From Polyangiales bacterium (GTDB lineage: Bacteria > Myxococcota_A > Polyangia > Polyangiales > Polyangiaceae), in assembly GCA_038231275.1 (NCBI GenBank), contig JBBRLQ010000004.1, positions 224,001 through 288,000 on the forward strand: 64,000 nt of DNA. The letters run 5' to 3'. Each line of letters opens with the position of its first letter. Within the stretch, counting starts at the first letter, position 1. Of this stretch, positions 8,874 through 19,453 are shown one piece after another. Under the pieces are notes generated by a model, which made no database searches, was not told where the DNA came from, and worked only from the letters and a program-made list of their open reading frames with translations. The position numbers were made by a program, and so were the translations under genes.

Positions 8874-10433
8874 TCACGCGACCGCCGAGCGCGATGCGCG
8901 CGCGGCGACACGCGACGCGGCGAGGCGGCTCAGCGCCATGATCGAGTGCTGCGGGTTCACGCCGAGGTTGGTCGGGAAGATGCTCGAGTCGACGACGTAG
9001 AGCTCCTCTGCCTCGTGGCACGCGAAGTCGAGGCCGACGACGCTCGTCCTCGGATCGGGCCCCATGCGCGCGGCGCCGAAGAGGTGCGTCGCGATGAACG
9101 AGTACGCGCGCGGATCGAGCGGCGCCTCCTCGATGAGCTTCACGTCGTCGATCGATCGCAAGACGTACGGCACGCCATAGATGCCCGGCCAGACCTCGCG
9201 CGCGCCAGCCTCGAAGAGCATGCGGCCGAGGAGCGCGCAGGCCTTTCGCGTCGCGCGCAGATCGTTCTCGGTGAGCGTGAGGCGGACGACGTCTCCCCCG
9301 CCCCAGCCTGGGCGGACGGTGCCCTCGGCTTCGGCGCGGACTTGGACGGCCCACACCGCGACGTCGCCGAAGCGGGCCATGCGCGCGGCGAGCTCGGAGC
9401 CCACGCCGGGGATGCGCGCGGCGGCGAGCTCGGGGGGCATCGAGATCGTCTCGAGCTTGAAGCGATCGCTCTTTCGGAAGTGGATGCTCTCGGCGCCTTG
9501 CGTCGCGCCGAAGCTCATGTCGACGCGCTGCTTCATCAGGCCGCCGAGCGCGAGGCCGGGGTGCGCCTGGAAGTGCTCGCCGAGCGCGCGCGAGCGGATG
9601 CCGCTGCGACGGAGCAGGTTGGGCGTCTGCACCGTGCTGGCCGCGACGAAGACGCCGCGACGCGCGCGCAGGCGGACCGCGTGACCTCCGTGTCCGCGCG
9701 CGATGACGCCGACGGCGCGACGGCCGCGCACCTCGACCCGCTCGGCGCGGCAGCTCGTGAAGATGCGCGCCCCTTTGGCGAGCGCCCACGGCACGTAGCT
9801 GATGTTCATGCCTTGCTTCTTGCCGTCCGCGCAGCCGGTGAGGCAGTTGCCGCTGCCGATGCAGCCCTTGTCGTAGCGACGCATCGGCGCGGCTTCGATG
9901 CCGTTCTTACGCGCTTGCTCGAGGAAAAGGCGGTTGTTCTCGCCGAGCACGTCGTCCGCGACGCTCTGGACGTGGAGATCTCTTTCGAGCGCGTCGAAGT
10001 GCGGGTCGAGATCCTTCATGGTGATCGCGGTGCCGAGGCCGAAGCGCGCGGACCAGTCGTCGACGACGTCCTCAGGAGTGCGCCACACGATGGCGGAGTT
10101 GACGACGGTGCTGCCGCCGACGCACCTCCCCTGGATCATCGGCATGTAGGCGCGGCCCTTCAGGACCTGGAGACCGTTGTCGCGCATGATGCGATCGAAG
10201 GCGCCGCGGACGTCGGAGCCGAAGTCGCGCGTCTTCACCCATGGGCCCTCTTCGAGGATGCCGACCGAGTAGCCCGCCGACGCGAGCGTGTGCGCCGCGA
10301 CCGCGCCGCCCGCGCCCGAGCCGATGACGACGTAGTCGAACGCCTCGTCGACGTCGCGGGTGAGAGCGAGGCCGTCGACGACGGCGCCTTGCGGAAGATC
10401 TTCGTCGGGGAAGCGATCAGGCGACGGCGGCAT
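8874..10433 (-). CDS. GMC family FAD oxidoreductase
   Basis: VIGSGAGG FAD motif, GRCVGGSTVVN, Cys cluster CIGSGNCLTGC, C-terminal HLFG...DSSIFPTNLGVNP; start re-assigned to ATG 10433. Confidence 0.92.
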   Translation of the reverse strand: MPPSPDRFPDEDLPQGAVVDGLALTRDVDEAFDYVVIGSGAGGAVAAHTLASAGYSVGILEEGPWVKTRDFGSDVRGAFDRIMRDNGLQVLKGRAYMPMIQGRCVGGSTVVNSAIVWRTPEDVVDDWSARFGLGTAITMKDLDPHFDALERDLHVQSVADDVLGENNRLFLEQARKNGIEAAPMRRYDKGCIGSGNCLTGCADGKKQGMNISYVPWALAKGARIFTSCRAERVEVRGRRAVGVIARGHGGHAVRLRARRGVFVAASTVQTPNLLRRSGIRSRALGEHFQAHPGLALGGLMKQRVDMSFGATQGAESIHFRKSDRFKLETISMPPELAAARIPGVGSELAARMARFGDVAVWAVQVRAEAEGTVRPGWGGGDVVRLTLTENDLRATRKACALLGRMLFEAGAREVWPGIYGVPYVLRSIDDVKLIEEAPLDPRAYSFIATHLFGAARMGPDPRTSVVGLDFACHEAEELYVVDSSIFPTNLGVNPQHSIMALSRLAASRVAARASRSAVA

Positions 10434-10911
10434 GGGGCTTCTGCTTTTCGTTGGGGGTCTCGGGCGCGGGCGCGGACGGGCGGAGGCTGCGCGGAGCTTT
10501 TCGGACGATGCGCGAGGGCGTGAGCAGCGGCTCGCTCGGCCCGAGGAGGCGCGCGCGCACCGTGGGATCGCCTGCGTAGAGGAGCGCGGCGACCGCCTTG
10601 AGCGCGAGGAGGAGCTGACGCACGGCGTAGAACCGGCTCGTCGCGAGCGCGACGAGGACGAGCTCACGATCGGACGGCGCGAGGCCATGCAGCGTCACGA
10701 GGCGTCGCAGGACGAAGATGGGCGCGAGCGCGACGATCCAGATCGCGAGGCGGACGCCGATCACCGGCTCGAGCGGGATGCGGGCGAGCGTGTCCTTGAC
10801 GTAGCCGTCGATGTCCATCGTCGCGATGCCCTGATCTCCCGGGAAAATGGCGATGAACGCGTCCTTCGCGCAAGCGAGCTCGAAGCGGGTCAAGCGGCGG
10901 AGCGGGCTCAC
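10417..10911 (-). CDS. Small helical partner of the GMC oxidoreductase (gluconate-2-dehydrogenase subunit 3-like)
   Basis: Overlaps both neighbours in the operon; the pattern L...DRE..L..L..SR....RQL...LK.....LY resembles GMC small subunits. Confidence 0.6.
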   Translation of the reverse strand: MSPLRRLTRFELACAKDAFIAIFPGDQGIATMDIDGYVKDTLARIPLEPVIGVRLAIWIVALAPIFVLRRLVTLHGLAPSDRELVLVALATSRFYAVRQLLLALKAVAALLYAGDPTVRARLLGPSEPLLTPSRIVRKAPRSLRPSAPAPETPNEKQKPHAAVA

Positions 10912-11780
10912 GAGCGACCTCCTTTGGGCTTCTTGGTCTCCTTGGCCGGCTTCTTCGGCTTGGCGCTGCTACTGCGAGGCGTGACTTCGCGCGCGTGGGC
11001 TGGCGCGTTGCGGCGCCACCAGTCTTCGTCGATCGCCTCGAGCGCGCGGCGGACGGTGACACGCGCGGCGTCCTCGTCGCCGGCCTCGACGAGCGCGATG
11101 CACGCTTCGTAGAACGCGAGCGACTCGGCGCGGCGATCGTAGAGCGACGCCGTGAGCTCCGGGAACTCCTCGGGCAGGCGCGCGAACGAGTTGAGGAGGA
11201 GCTCGAGGCCGACGTTGCCCGACGCGTGAACGACCGCGCGCTGGAACGCGACGTCGCCGCGCGCGAAGGTGATCGGATCGGCGACCCGGGGACCTTGCTC
11301 GGCGGCGAGCGCGCGCATCGTCGCGATGTCGTCGTCCTTGTGACGCGAGGCCGCAAGCGCGATGCCCTCGCTCGCGAGGACGCGGCGGAGCTCCAGCATC
11401 GAGTCGAGCAACTCGCGGTACGTCGGCTCCCACGGCTCGAGCGATCCGATGAGCGTCGCCAAGGCATCCAGCCCTGCGCGCTCACGCCACGACGCGACGA
11501 GCGTGCCGGCGCCGTGCCGGGTCGTGACGAGCCCCTGCGCTTCCAACCGCGCGAGCGCGGCGCGGAGGGTCAATCGATTCACCCCCAGCGCGAGGGAGAG
11601 CTCGCGCTCCGAAGGCAACCGCGATCCGGCGGCGATGCGCCCACCGAGGATCTCGTTTTGAAGTCGCGTGGCGACGGCGTCGACGACGCTCGAACGAGCG
11701 ACGGGGCCGATGGCGGCGAGCGTCTCGCTGGGATCGGAGAGGCCACGGGGAGCGATGACAGGCGGGGGTTGATTTTTCAT
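10908..11780 (-). CDS. GntR/FadR-family transcriptional regulator
   Basis: [23 protein letters not shown] wHTH plus FCD-like domain (ELRRVL, DVAFQ...ASGN). Confidence 0.9.
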   Translation of the reverse strand: MKNQPPPVIAPRGLSDPSETLAAIGPVARSSVVDAVATRLQNEILGGRIAAGSRLPSERELSLALGVNRLTLRAALARLEAQGLVTTRHGAGTLVASWRERAGLDALATLIGSLEPWEPTYRELLDSMLELRRVLASEGIALAASRHKDDDIATMRALAAEQGPRVADPITFARGDVAFQRAVVHASGNVGLELLLNSFARLPEEFPELTASLYDRRAESLAFYEACIALVEAGDEDAARVTVRRALEAIDEDWWRRNAPAHAREVTPRSSSAKPKKPAKETKKPKGGRS

Positions 11781-11792
11781 TCGGTCGTCCAG

Positions 11793-11803
11793 TGGTTGAA
11801 CCA
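11793..11803. promoter_or_regulatory. FadR-subfamily operator palindrome
   Basis: TGGTTGAACCA (TGGT-N3-ACCA) about 12 nt upstream of the regulator start codon. Confidence 0.6.
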
Positions 11804-11890
11804 GTTAACATGCGAATGAGCGGTGCGCAATTGATTTCGCACCGCCGCCTCCCCTCCGACTCCGATTCCGATCCTGGTACCGTTTCGCCC

Positions 11891-12925
11891 ATGATCGACC
11901 TGCGATCCGACACCGTCACCCGCCCCACCGCCGCGATGCGCGAGGCCATCGCGCGCGCGGAGGTCGGCGACGACGTGTTCGGTGAAGACCCCAGCGCCCT
12001 CGCGCTCGAGGCCGAGGTCGCGCGCATCACGGGAAAGGAAGCAGCGCTCTTCGTCTCGACGGGCACGATGGGCAACCAGCTCGCGATCGCCTGCCAGACG
12101 CGGCCCGGAAACGAGGTCTACGTCGGCCCCGGCGCGCACGTCGCGTGGTACGAGAACGGAGCCACCGCGGTCTTGAGCGGCGTCCAGCTCGCCGTCTGCG
12201 GCGCCGACGTATTTTTCACCGCCGACGAGCTGGACGCGCAGATCAAACCGCACGCCTATTGGTCGCCGCAGCCGGCGCTCGTGTGCATCGAGAACACGCA
12301 CAACCGCGGCGGCGGGCGCGTGTTCCCGCAGTCCGACGCCATCGCGATCGCCGCGCGCGCAAAGGCGCGAGGCATGTTCGCGCACGTCGATGGCGCGCGG
12401 ATCTGGAACGCATCGGTGTCGACGCGGCTGTCGGTCGCCGAGCTGTGCGCGCCGTTCGACACGGCGAGCGTGTGCTTCTCGAAGGGGCTCGGCGCGCCGG
12501 CGGGCAGCGCGCTATGCGGGACGCGTGAGCTCATCGAGCGCGCGCGGCGCTTCCGCAAGATGTGGGGCGGCGGGATGCGGCAGGTCGGCGTTCTCGCTTC
12601 CGCGGCGCTCTACGCCCTCACGCACCACCGCGCGCGCCTCGCCGAGGATCATGCAAACGCCCGCGCCTTCGCCGAGGCCGTGGGAAAGCTCCCGCGCGCC
12701 CACGTCGATCTCGCGAGCGTCGAGACCAACATCGTCAACGTCGATCTGGACGCGCCGCTCCTCGCCGACGACGTCTCCAAGGCCGCGCGCGGGCTGGGGC
12801 TCGTCATCAACCCTTCGGGTGCGCGCCGCCTCCGCGCGGTGACCCACCTCGACGTGTCGAGCGCGCAGGTGCTCGAGGGCGCGGCGATCCTCGGCCGCGT
12901 GATCGCGCAGGCCGCCGCACGATGA
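11891..12925 (+). CDS. ltaE: Low-specificity L-threonine aldolase
   Basis: [53 protein letters not shown]; start re-assigned to 11891. Confidence 0.93.
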   Translation: MIDLRSDTVTRPTAAMREAIARAEVGDDVFGEDPSALALEAEVARITGKEAALFVSTGTMGNQLAIACQTRPGNEVYVGPGAHVAWYENGATAVLSGVQLAVCGADVFFTADELDAQIKPHAYWSPQPALVCIENTHNRGGGRVFPQSDAIAIAARAKARGMFAHVDGARIWNASVSTRLSVAELCAPFDTASVCFSKGLGAPAGSALCGTRELIERARRFRKMWGGGMRQVGVLASAALYALTHHRARLAEDHANARAFAEAVGKLPRAHVDLASVETNIVNVDLDAPLLADDVSKAARGLGLVINPSGARRLRAVTHLDVSSAQVLEGAAILGRVIAQAAAR

Positions 12926-12932
12926 GGGCGGC

Positions 12933-14030
12933 GTGAGGCTCACTGCCCTGGGTTTGGCGCCGCTCGTGCTGTACGCGTCGCTCGCGCTCGCAGGCTCGGG
13001 CTGCGCGCCGCAGCGGGGCAGCGCGTTCGAGCGATCGCTCGCGGAAGCGCGGCGCGCCGAGACCGCCGGTCGATTCGCCGAGGCCGCCGGGAGCTACGAC
13101 GCCGCCGCCGGCTCCGCCCAAGTCCCTCGCGACGCCACGCACGCGAAGTACCTCGCGGCGTTGATGCTCGCCCGCGGTGGCGCGCGTGCGGACGCCCTCG
13201 TTCGACTCGACGTCATCGCGGCCGCGCAGCCGCCCCAGGCAGACTCGGCCAGCGCCGCCCTCCGCGCCGCCGATCTGCGGATCGCCGCCGGCGACGACGA
13301 GGGCTGGCGCAGGCTCGAAGCGCTCCTCCACGCGTTTCCCGCGAGCGGCGTCGCGCGCCCCGCGCTGCATCGCGTGCTCCGTCACGACGACGACACCATC
13401 GGCATCCCCGCAGCAATCGCCCACGTGCGCGTGCTCCAAAAGACCCTCGGCGATACCGATCTCGGCGAATCGCTGGCCTACGAGGCCGCGCTTCGCCTCG
13501 CGGAGACCGGCGACACGCGCGGCGCCCGCGACGCCTTCGTCGACGTCGCCACGCGCTGGCCTTACCCCGGCGGCTCCCTCTTCGACGACGCCCTCTTCCG
13601 CGCGAGCGAGCTCGACGAGAAGCTCGGGCGCTTCGACGACGCCGCGCGCGATCTGGAGCGCCTCCTCGACGAACGCGAGGTCGCGCAGCTCTCGGGCAGC
13701 TACCAGCGCCCGCGCTACAGCTCTGCCCTCTTTCGCCTCGCGACGCTCTATCGCGACAAGCTCAAGGACAAAGAGCGCGCGCGCCAGGCGTTCCATCGCC
13801 TCTACGCCGACTTCACGACGTCGATCCTTCGCGACGACGCGCTCTGGCAAGAGGCCGCCCTCTGGCGCGAGGACGGCGACACGGGCACCGCGTGCGAGCG
13901 ACTCGCGTCGCTGGCCGAGGACATCCCCGACTCGCGCTACGTGCCGTGCGCCATGCAGCTTTGCCCACGTGTGAAGCGCGCGGCGAAGAGCAAGGCGCCG
14001 GCCGAGTGCCACCCGTACATTCAGCGGTAG
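12933..14030 (+). CDS. TPR-repeat lipoprotein
   Basis: Signal peptide ending GSG-C; helical repeats (DDALFRA, SALFRLA, DDALWQEA; FP.S, YP, IP.S turns). Confidence 0.75.
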   Translation: MRLTALGLAPLVLYASLALAGSGCAPQRGSAFERSLAEARRAETAGRFAEAAGSYDAAAGSAQVPRDATHAKYLAALMLARGGARADALVRLDVIAAAQPPQADSASAALRAADLRIAAGDDEGWRRLEALLHAFPASGVARPALHRVLRHDDDTIGIPAAIAHVRVLQKTLGDTDLGESLAYEAALRLAETGDTRGARDAFVDVATRWPYPGGSLFDDALFRASELDEKLGRFDDAARDLERLLDEREVAQLSGSYQRPRYSSALFRLATLYRDKLKDKERARQAFHRLYADFTTSILRDDALWQEAALWREDGDTGTACERLASLAEDIPDSRYVPCAMQLCPRVKRAAKSKAPAECHPYIQR

Positions 14031-14112
14031 GGCAACACCCGGTAGAGGGCGCGCGCCATCCCGCGCGCGGATCCAGAAGAAGCAGAAGCAGACGAGGCAG
14101 AAAAAGGAGACC

Positions 14113-14532
14113 TTACGGCGCCTTTTCTTCCTCCTCCTCCTCTTCCTCTTCGTCGTCGTCCTCGTCTTCGTCTTCGTCGAGGTCGTCGTCGAGATCGTCG
14201 AGGTCTTCCTTGCCGTCGTCTTCGGCTTCCGGCTCCTCGTCGGGCTCGGCGCCCTTCTTCTCGAATTTGACGTCGACGCCGACGTCGCCGAGCTGCGCGT
14301 CGATGAGCTCGAAGAGCTCGTCCACGTCGTCGCCGGACCACTCGTCGAGCATGTCGGTCAAAAATTCGAAGAAGTCCCCATTGTCGAGGCGACGCTCGAT
14401 TTCTTCGACTTGCTCTTCGGAGAACGCTTCGAGGATGTCTTCCCGAAGTGTCTCCGTGTCGCCCTCCTCAATCGCATCTTGTGCCGAGAGACGGATCTGC
14501 CGGACGGCGCGTTTGTCGAGGTGGATCTCCAT
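14113..14532 (-). CDS. Small highly acidic protein
   Basis: ATG 14532 with GGAGAAAGG RBS and an upstream TTGACA-N18-TATCCG; 139 aa, about 63 D/E by hand count, poly-D/E tail. Confidence 0.75.
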   Translation of the reverse strand: MEIHLDKRAVRQIRLSAQDAIEEGDTETLREDILEAFSEEQVEEIERRLDNGDFFEFLTDMLDEWSGDDVDELFELIDAQLGDVGVDVKFEKKGAEPDEEPEAEDDGKEDLDDLDDDLDEDEDEDDDEEEEEEEEEKAP

Positions 14533-14617
14533 GAACCTTTCTCCGCCTGCCTCGGATACGCGAGCGAGTCCGGCGCTGTCAATACGATGAACGCGATGAG
14601 CGATCGATGAGTGACAC

Positions 14618-15358
14618 TTGCCTCCCCGGCCGCGTACGTCCACTCTATTCGTCGTGCGAACCGCACTGCACGTTGCCCTTGCGCTCCCCGGCGTTTTCGT
14701 GTTCGGCGTGGAAGCGCGCGCGCACGCCGACGATGTGGACTCCGACGTCCCGGATCTCACCGATCTTCAGGTCAAAGGCGCGGCGACGGTTCCGCCGCCG
14801 TCGACCACTCGCTATTTGCAGTACGGCCCGGCGCTCACCGCCGAGCTGATCGGCGTCCTTTCCACGCCGGGCGCGATGTGCAGCCAGGCGGTCAGCGCAA
14901 ACGGCCAGCCGGAGAGCACGTGCATCCTCGGCGGCGGCGGCGGCGTCGCGTGGCGCACCGGCGTTCGCGTCGCCGGACCCTGGTATTTCGGCGGGGCGTA
15001 CGCGCTTTCGAAGCAGGATTCGAACAAGATCATGCGGCTCCCAATCTTGCAGCAGCTGCGGGGCGAGGCGCGGTACTACGTGCGGCCGGATTATCAAACG
15101 CAGCCCTACGGCGCGTTCGGCCTGGGATTGGCCGCGTACGGGAACGAAGGAGCGTTCACCGATTCGCTCGGCCCCCTCGCGTTCCTGGGCGCCGGCGTCG
15201 AGACGCAGCTCTCGCAACGGTATGTCCTCGTCGCGGGCCTGGCGTACCGCGCGATGCTCTTCAACAAGTTCACCGACTCGAGCGGGGCGCTTCGCCCTTC
15301 GGGTATCACAACGTCGTTTGCGCTCGAATTCGGCCTCGAGTCACGCGATCCGCTCTGA
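14618..15358 (+). CDS. Putative small outer-membrane beta-barrel protein
   Basis: Signal peptide ending ARA-HA, alternating aromatic/Gly strands (PYGAFGLGLAAY, FLGAGVE); exact start uncertain. Confidence 0.6.
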   Translation: MPPRPRTSTLFVVRTALHVALALPGVFVFGVEARAHADDVDSDVPDLTDLQVKGAATVPPPSTTRYLQYGPALTAELIGVLSTPGAMCSQAVSANGQPESTCILGGGGGVAWRTGVRVAGPWYFGGAYALSKQDSNKIMRLPILQQLRGEARYYVRPDYQTQPYGAFGLGLAAYGNEGAFTDSLGPLAFLGAGVETQLSQRYVLVAGLAYRAMLFNKFTDSSGALRPSGITTSFALEFGLESRDPL

Positions 15359-15458
15359 TCGTTCGGGTCCGTGAAGGTGGCCCCTCCCGGAGAGGATCGT
15401 CCTTTGGGCAAAGGCTCGCCTTGACGCGGAGGTGGAGGGTGATGTCCCATCACGGGCG

Positions 15459-17240
15459 GTGATCTGCACAACGTGCGGACAAGACAATCCCGCGCACCTG
15501 GTCTTTTGCCAGATGTGCGGACAACGCCTCGGCCCCCGCGTGGTTCCGCCCACGCCGCCGATTGGCATCACGCCGCCCAACATCTCCCCCGCCGCGGGCA
15601 CGATGGCGATGCCCGCGCGCCCTGCGATTGCAGAGCCGCCGCGCCCCCCGCCGCCGCCGCCGGCCCCCGCGCAGGTCGCCCCTGCGCGTCCTGCGCCGCC
15701 GAAGCCGAACCTCGCGGCCACGCTCGTGGATCCGCGACCGCCGAACATGGACGACCCGTCCAAACGCGTCTGTCACGTGTGCGCGACGGTGAACGGCCCG
15801 ACGACGCGTTACTGCGAATCGTGTGGGACGACGTTGCTGCCCCCGCTTCCGAAGCCTGGGCCTGCGGCTGCGCCTGCAACTCCCGCCGCGTTCGCACCGA
15901 CTCCAACGCCGCCGGATGCGCCGCCGATTCCGCCCGCGCCACCGACGGACGGAAACCTGCGCACCGCGGCAATGGCGCAGCAGATGTACCCGGGTCTCCC
16001 GGTCGGCGCTCCTGCGCAGCCCGGCGCCGCGCCCGCACCCCCGTCCGCGTCTCAGGGAGAAATTCAGCCCGGCCGCGTCGTCGATCTCGGCGCCGCGCCG
16101 TTGCCGGCGACGAGCAGCAGCAGCGTTCGTGTCTGCCCGCGCTGTCGCGGGACATCGGAAGCGACCGCGCTCTTCTGCCGGTTCTGCGGAGGATCGCTCG
16201 CCGAAGCGATCGCGCCGCCCTCGGCACCCGCTCCGACCGTGGCGCGTCCGCCCGAGCAGCTCCCTCAGTCGCAGCGCATGACGACCTCGCCGCCCACCCC
16301 GGCCCCCGCGCCGTCGCCGCTCGTCCAGGCTCCGCCGCCCCCGCCGCCCCCGCCGCCCCCGCCGCCCCCGCCGCAGCCACCGCCTCCACAGCCTTCACCG
16401 CCCGCGGCGCCGCTTCCGCTTCCGCCGCCACCGCCACCGCCACCGCCGCCTCCCGTCATCGCCGCCGCGCCGCACGCGCTGCCCGTGGAGGCGCCGGCTC
16501 CGCTCATCGGCAGGCTCGTCCTCGTCGCGAAGGACGGCGGCGAAGGTCCTTCGTATCCCCTCCTCGACACGGTCGACATCGGCCGCGCCGAGGGCAACAT
16601 CGTCATCGCAGACGACAAGTACCTGAGCCCCCGCCACGCGCGCGTCACCCGCCGCGCCGGCAAGCTCTTCTTGCGAGACCTGGCCAGCGTCAACGGCATC
16701 TACGTCCGCCTCGCGCCCCGTGCCGGGGAGAAGGGTCCGGAGTCCCAGGTCCCCCTGAGGGACCAAGATTTGTTCCTGGTCGGACAACAGGTGATAAGGT
16801 TCGAGATTGTGAGGGAAGCCGAGGAGGGGTTGGGCCCTGCCGTGGAGCACGGCACGCTTCTGTTTGGCACCCCCACGACCCGTCTGTACGCTCGGCTCAG
16901 CCAACGCTCGATCGAGGGCGTCACCCGCGACGTGTACTACCTGGCCAAGCAGGAGACCGTCCTCGGCAGGGAATCGGGCGACATCGTGTTCACGGAGGAT
17001 CCCTTCTTGTCTCGCCGTCACGCCGCGATCCGCGCCAATGGGCCCGCCCCCCACCCGCAAGACGGGAAGGCAGGCGATCCCGCCGCGCCCACCTTTACGC
17101 TCGCCGATCTTGGCTCTTCCAACGGCTCCTACATCCAGATTCGAACCGAAGTGCTCCTCGAGGACGGTGATCAGTTCCGCATCGGCCAGCAGCTGTTCCG
17201 CGTGGATCTCACGCGCAACGCTGGGACGACCGGAGCTTGA
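15459..17240 (+). CDS. Zinc-ribbon / polyproline / tandem FHA domain protein
   Basis: Three double zinc ribbons (CTTC..CQMC, CHVC..CESC, CPRC..CRFC), poly-Pro linker, two FHA domains with intact GR...SxxH...NG motifs; start at 15459 or 15432. Confidence 0.85.
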   Translation: MICTTCGQDNPAHLVFCQMCGQRLGPRVVPPTPPIGITPPNISPAAGTMAMPARPAIAEPPRPPPPPPAPAQVAPARPAPPKPNLAATLVDPRPPNMDDPSKRVCHVCATVNGPTTRYCESCGTTLLPPLPKPGPAAAPATPAAFAPTPTPPDAPPIPPAPPTDGNLRTAAMAQQMYPGLPVGAPAQPGAAPAPPSASQGEIQPGRVVDLGAAPLPATSSSSVRVCPRCRGTSEATALFCRFCGGSLAEAIAPPSAPAPTVARPPEQLPQSQRMTTSPPTPAPAPSPLVQAPPPPPPPPPPPPPPQPPPPQPSPPAAPLPLPPPPPPPPPPPVIAAAPHALPVEAPAPLIGRLVLVAKDGGEGPSYPLLDTVDIGRAEGNIVIADDKYLSPRHARVTRRAGKLFLRDLASVNGIYVRLAPRAGEKGPESQVPLRDQDLFLVGQQVIRFEIVREAEEGLGPAVEHGTLLFGTPTTRLYARLSQRSIEGVTRDVYYLAKQETVLGRESGDIVFTEDPFLSRRHAAIRANGPAPHPQDGKAGDPAAPTFTLADLGSSNGSYIQIRTEVLLEDGDQFRIGQQLFRVDLTRNAGTTGA

Positions 17241-18499
17241 GCCATGAGGGGTCGCTCGTGACGCAACCCGAGGGCCCGAAGGGCGTGGAGCACGGGCCGG
17301 ACAGCACGAAGGCGTCCGCGGCCGAGGTGCGCGTGAAGCTCTTCGCGCGTACGGACGTCGGGCAGGTGCGCGAGCACAACGAGGACAATTTCCTCGTCGC
17401 CGACATCACGCGACGCCAGCGAGGTCTCCTCGAGGCGAACCGCACGACGACGATCGGCCACCACGGCGCGCTCTTCGCCGTGTGCGACGGCATGGGCGGC
17501 GCGGCAGCCGGAGAGGTCGCGAGCCAGCTCGCCGTGGACATCCTCTTCGAGCGCATGACCGAGTCGCTCGACGAGACCATCCCCCTCCTCCGCGACGATC
17601 TCGCGCGGCGACTCGTGCGCGCCGTCGAGTCGGCGGGGCTCCGAATCTTCCAAGACGCCAAGGTCGATCGCACGCGCCGCGGCATGGGGACCACGGTCAC
17701 CGCCGCTGCCCTCGTCGACGATCACCTCTTCCTCGCGCAGGTCGGCGACTCGCGCGGCTACGTCCTCCGCGACGGCACCCTCGTGCAGGTCACGCGCGAT
17801 CAGTCGCTCGTGAACCAGCTCATCGAAGCCGGCCAGCTGACGGAAGAAGAAGCCGAGACGTTCGAGCACAACAACATCATCCTCCAAGCGCTCGGCACGA
17901 GCGACACGGTGCAGGTCGACCTCACCTTCGTCGAGCTCCGGCGCGGCGACATCTTGCTCCTCTGCTCGGACGGCTTGTCCGGCATGGTCCGCTTCGACGA
18001 CATTCGCGAGATCTTGAAGGCCGGTCCCGAGCCGATCGACGTTTGCAAGGCGCTCACCGAGCGCGCGAACCAGGCCGGCGGACACGACAACATCACGGTC
18101 ATCGTCGCGCATTTCGACGGAGAGGCGCTGAAGCCCCTCGATCCGGAGACGGCGCCGCTCAAGTACCGCAAGTACTCGCTCCCCGAGGAGACGAACAGCG
18201 ATCTCACCGAGCCGCATCGCCGAAACAGCCTTCGCGACATCGCGCCGAGCGGCAGCGGGATGCCGTCGAACCTGTACACGGCGCCGTCGTCGAGCGGCGC
18301 GGTCGGCGACACGAGCGGTCCGCAGCTCCCGAACAGCAGCGGCCAGGCACCCGGGTGGCACGAACGCGGCGGCGCGCAGCTCTATTCGGAAGAGCGAATC
18401 GACATTCCGGGGACGCACGTGCCCGCGTGGATCGTCGTGGTGCTCGTCGTCGGCGTTGTCGCGCTGCTGAGCGGCACGGCGTTCTTACTGCTTCGCTGA
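17237..18499 (+). CDS. PP2C-family Ser/Thr phosphatase with C-terminal TM anchor
   Basis: TDVGQVREHNED, VCDGMGG, MGTT, VGDSR, LCSDGL, GGHDNIT. Confidence 0.93.
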   Translation: MSHEGSLVTQPEGPKGVEHGPDSTKASAAEVRVKLFARTDVGQVREHNEDNFLVADITRRQRGLLEANRTTTIGHHGALFAVCDGMGGAAAGEVASQLAVDILFERMTESLDETIPLLRDDLARRLVRAVESAGLRIFQDAKVDRTRRGMGTTVTAAALVDDHLFLAQVGDSRGYVLRDGTLVQVTRDQSLVNQLIEAGQLTEEEAETFEHNNIILQALGTSDTVQVDLTFVELRRGDILLLCSDGLSGMVRFDDIREILKAGPEPIDVCKALTERANQAGGHDNITVIVAHFDGEALKPLDPETAPLKYRKYSLPEETNSDLTEPHRRNSLRDIAPSGSGMPSNLYTAPSSSGAVGDTSGPQLPNSSGQAPGWHERGGAQLYSEERIDIPGTHVPAWIVVVLVVGVVALLSGTAFLLLR

Positions 18500-18554
18500 C
18501 CGCGCGGGTGCCGGCGAATTCGCCGCGACGCCCGCCCTTGTTGTGTTCGCGGCA

Positions 18555-19394
18555 TCAGCTGCATCGCGCGAGCACGACGGCGGCGACGGGATCGGCGCGA
18601 TCGACCAGCAGCGCCTCACGCGCGGCTTGACGCGCCGACGCGCAATCCCCACGTCCCGCACGCGCCACCCCGATGAAGCCCCACGCGACGCCTTGACGCG
18701 CGTGATCGGGATCGCCGGTGAGGGGCGCGAGGACCACCTCCGCTTCGTCGAACGCGCCGCGACGGAGCATTTGGCGGCCGACGAGGAGGACCAAGGCAGG
18801 AAGATCGCCGAGACGCTCCCGCGCGCGCCCCAGCGCGTCGTCCGCCTCCCCTTCGCGCCCCAGACGCAGGAGCGACTCGACGAGGCCGGTCCACGCCATC
18901 GCGTCGCCCGCGTCGATCTCGGTGAGGCGTAGGAACTGCTCGCGCGCGTCGTCGAACGCGCCGCGCTGGTACAGGCGACGCCCCAAGTTCGCGCGCGCGG
19001 CGGCGAAGCCCGGGTCCACCTTGATGGCCATGCGGTAGTGCTGCTCCGCCTCCTTTCCGAGATCGCGCTGATCGAACAGGAGCCCGAGCGCGTGGTGGGG
19101 CGCCGGGAGATCGGGGTTCAGCTCGCGCGCCCTCTTGAAATGCGCGTACGCGAGGTCGAGGTTGCCGCGTCGCAGCTCGACGAGGCCGAGGTTCACCCAC
19201 GCCTCGACGAAGCGCGGGCTGTACTCGATCGCCAACGCCAGGCGGGCCGACGCCGTGGCCAGATCGCCCGAGGCGAGCGCGAGCGCGCCGTCTCGATTCA
19301 GGGCGGCCGCGCGTGGCGGCAACGGCGCGGCGTTCGAGCACGCGCCCGAGAGCGCGGCGAGGATCACGACCAACCCAAGGGCGAGCTTCCGCAT
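18555..19394 (-). CDS. TPR-repeat lipoprotein
   Basis: Start re-assigned to ATG 19394; lipobox SGA-C; canonical TPRs (EAWVNLG, PHHALG, ARANLG). Confidence 0.8.
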   Translation of the reverse strand: MRKLALGLVVILAALSGACSNAAPLPPRAAALNRDGALALASGDLATASARLALAIEYSPRFVEAWVNLGLVELRRGNLDLAYAHFKRARELNPDLPAPHHALGLLFDQRDLGKEAEQHYRMAIKVDPGFAAARANLGRRLYQRGAFDDAREQFLRLTEIDAGDAMAWTGLVESLLRLGREGEADDALGRARERLGDLPALVLLVGRQMLRRGAFDEAEVVLAPLTGDPDHARQGVAWGFIGVARAGRGDCASARQAAREALLVDRADPVAAVVLARCS

Positions 19395-19453
19395 GACGCC
19401 CCATCGGCACCGGCCCGGCCAGGTTGCGCGGAAAATGCTAAGGTGCTCCACCC

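Noticed and set aside
16330-16460. CCG-rich tandem repeats, and the similar 60851-60942 array, as CRISPR or other non-coding repeats
   Set aside because: They encode poly-Pro or Thr/Pro linkers in frame; no repeat-spacer structure and no cas genes.
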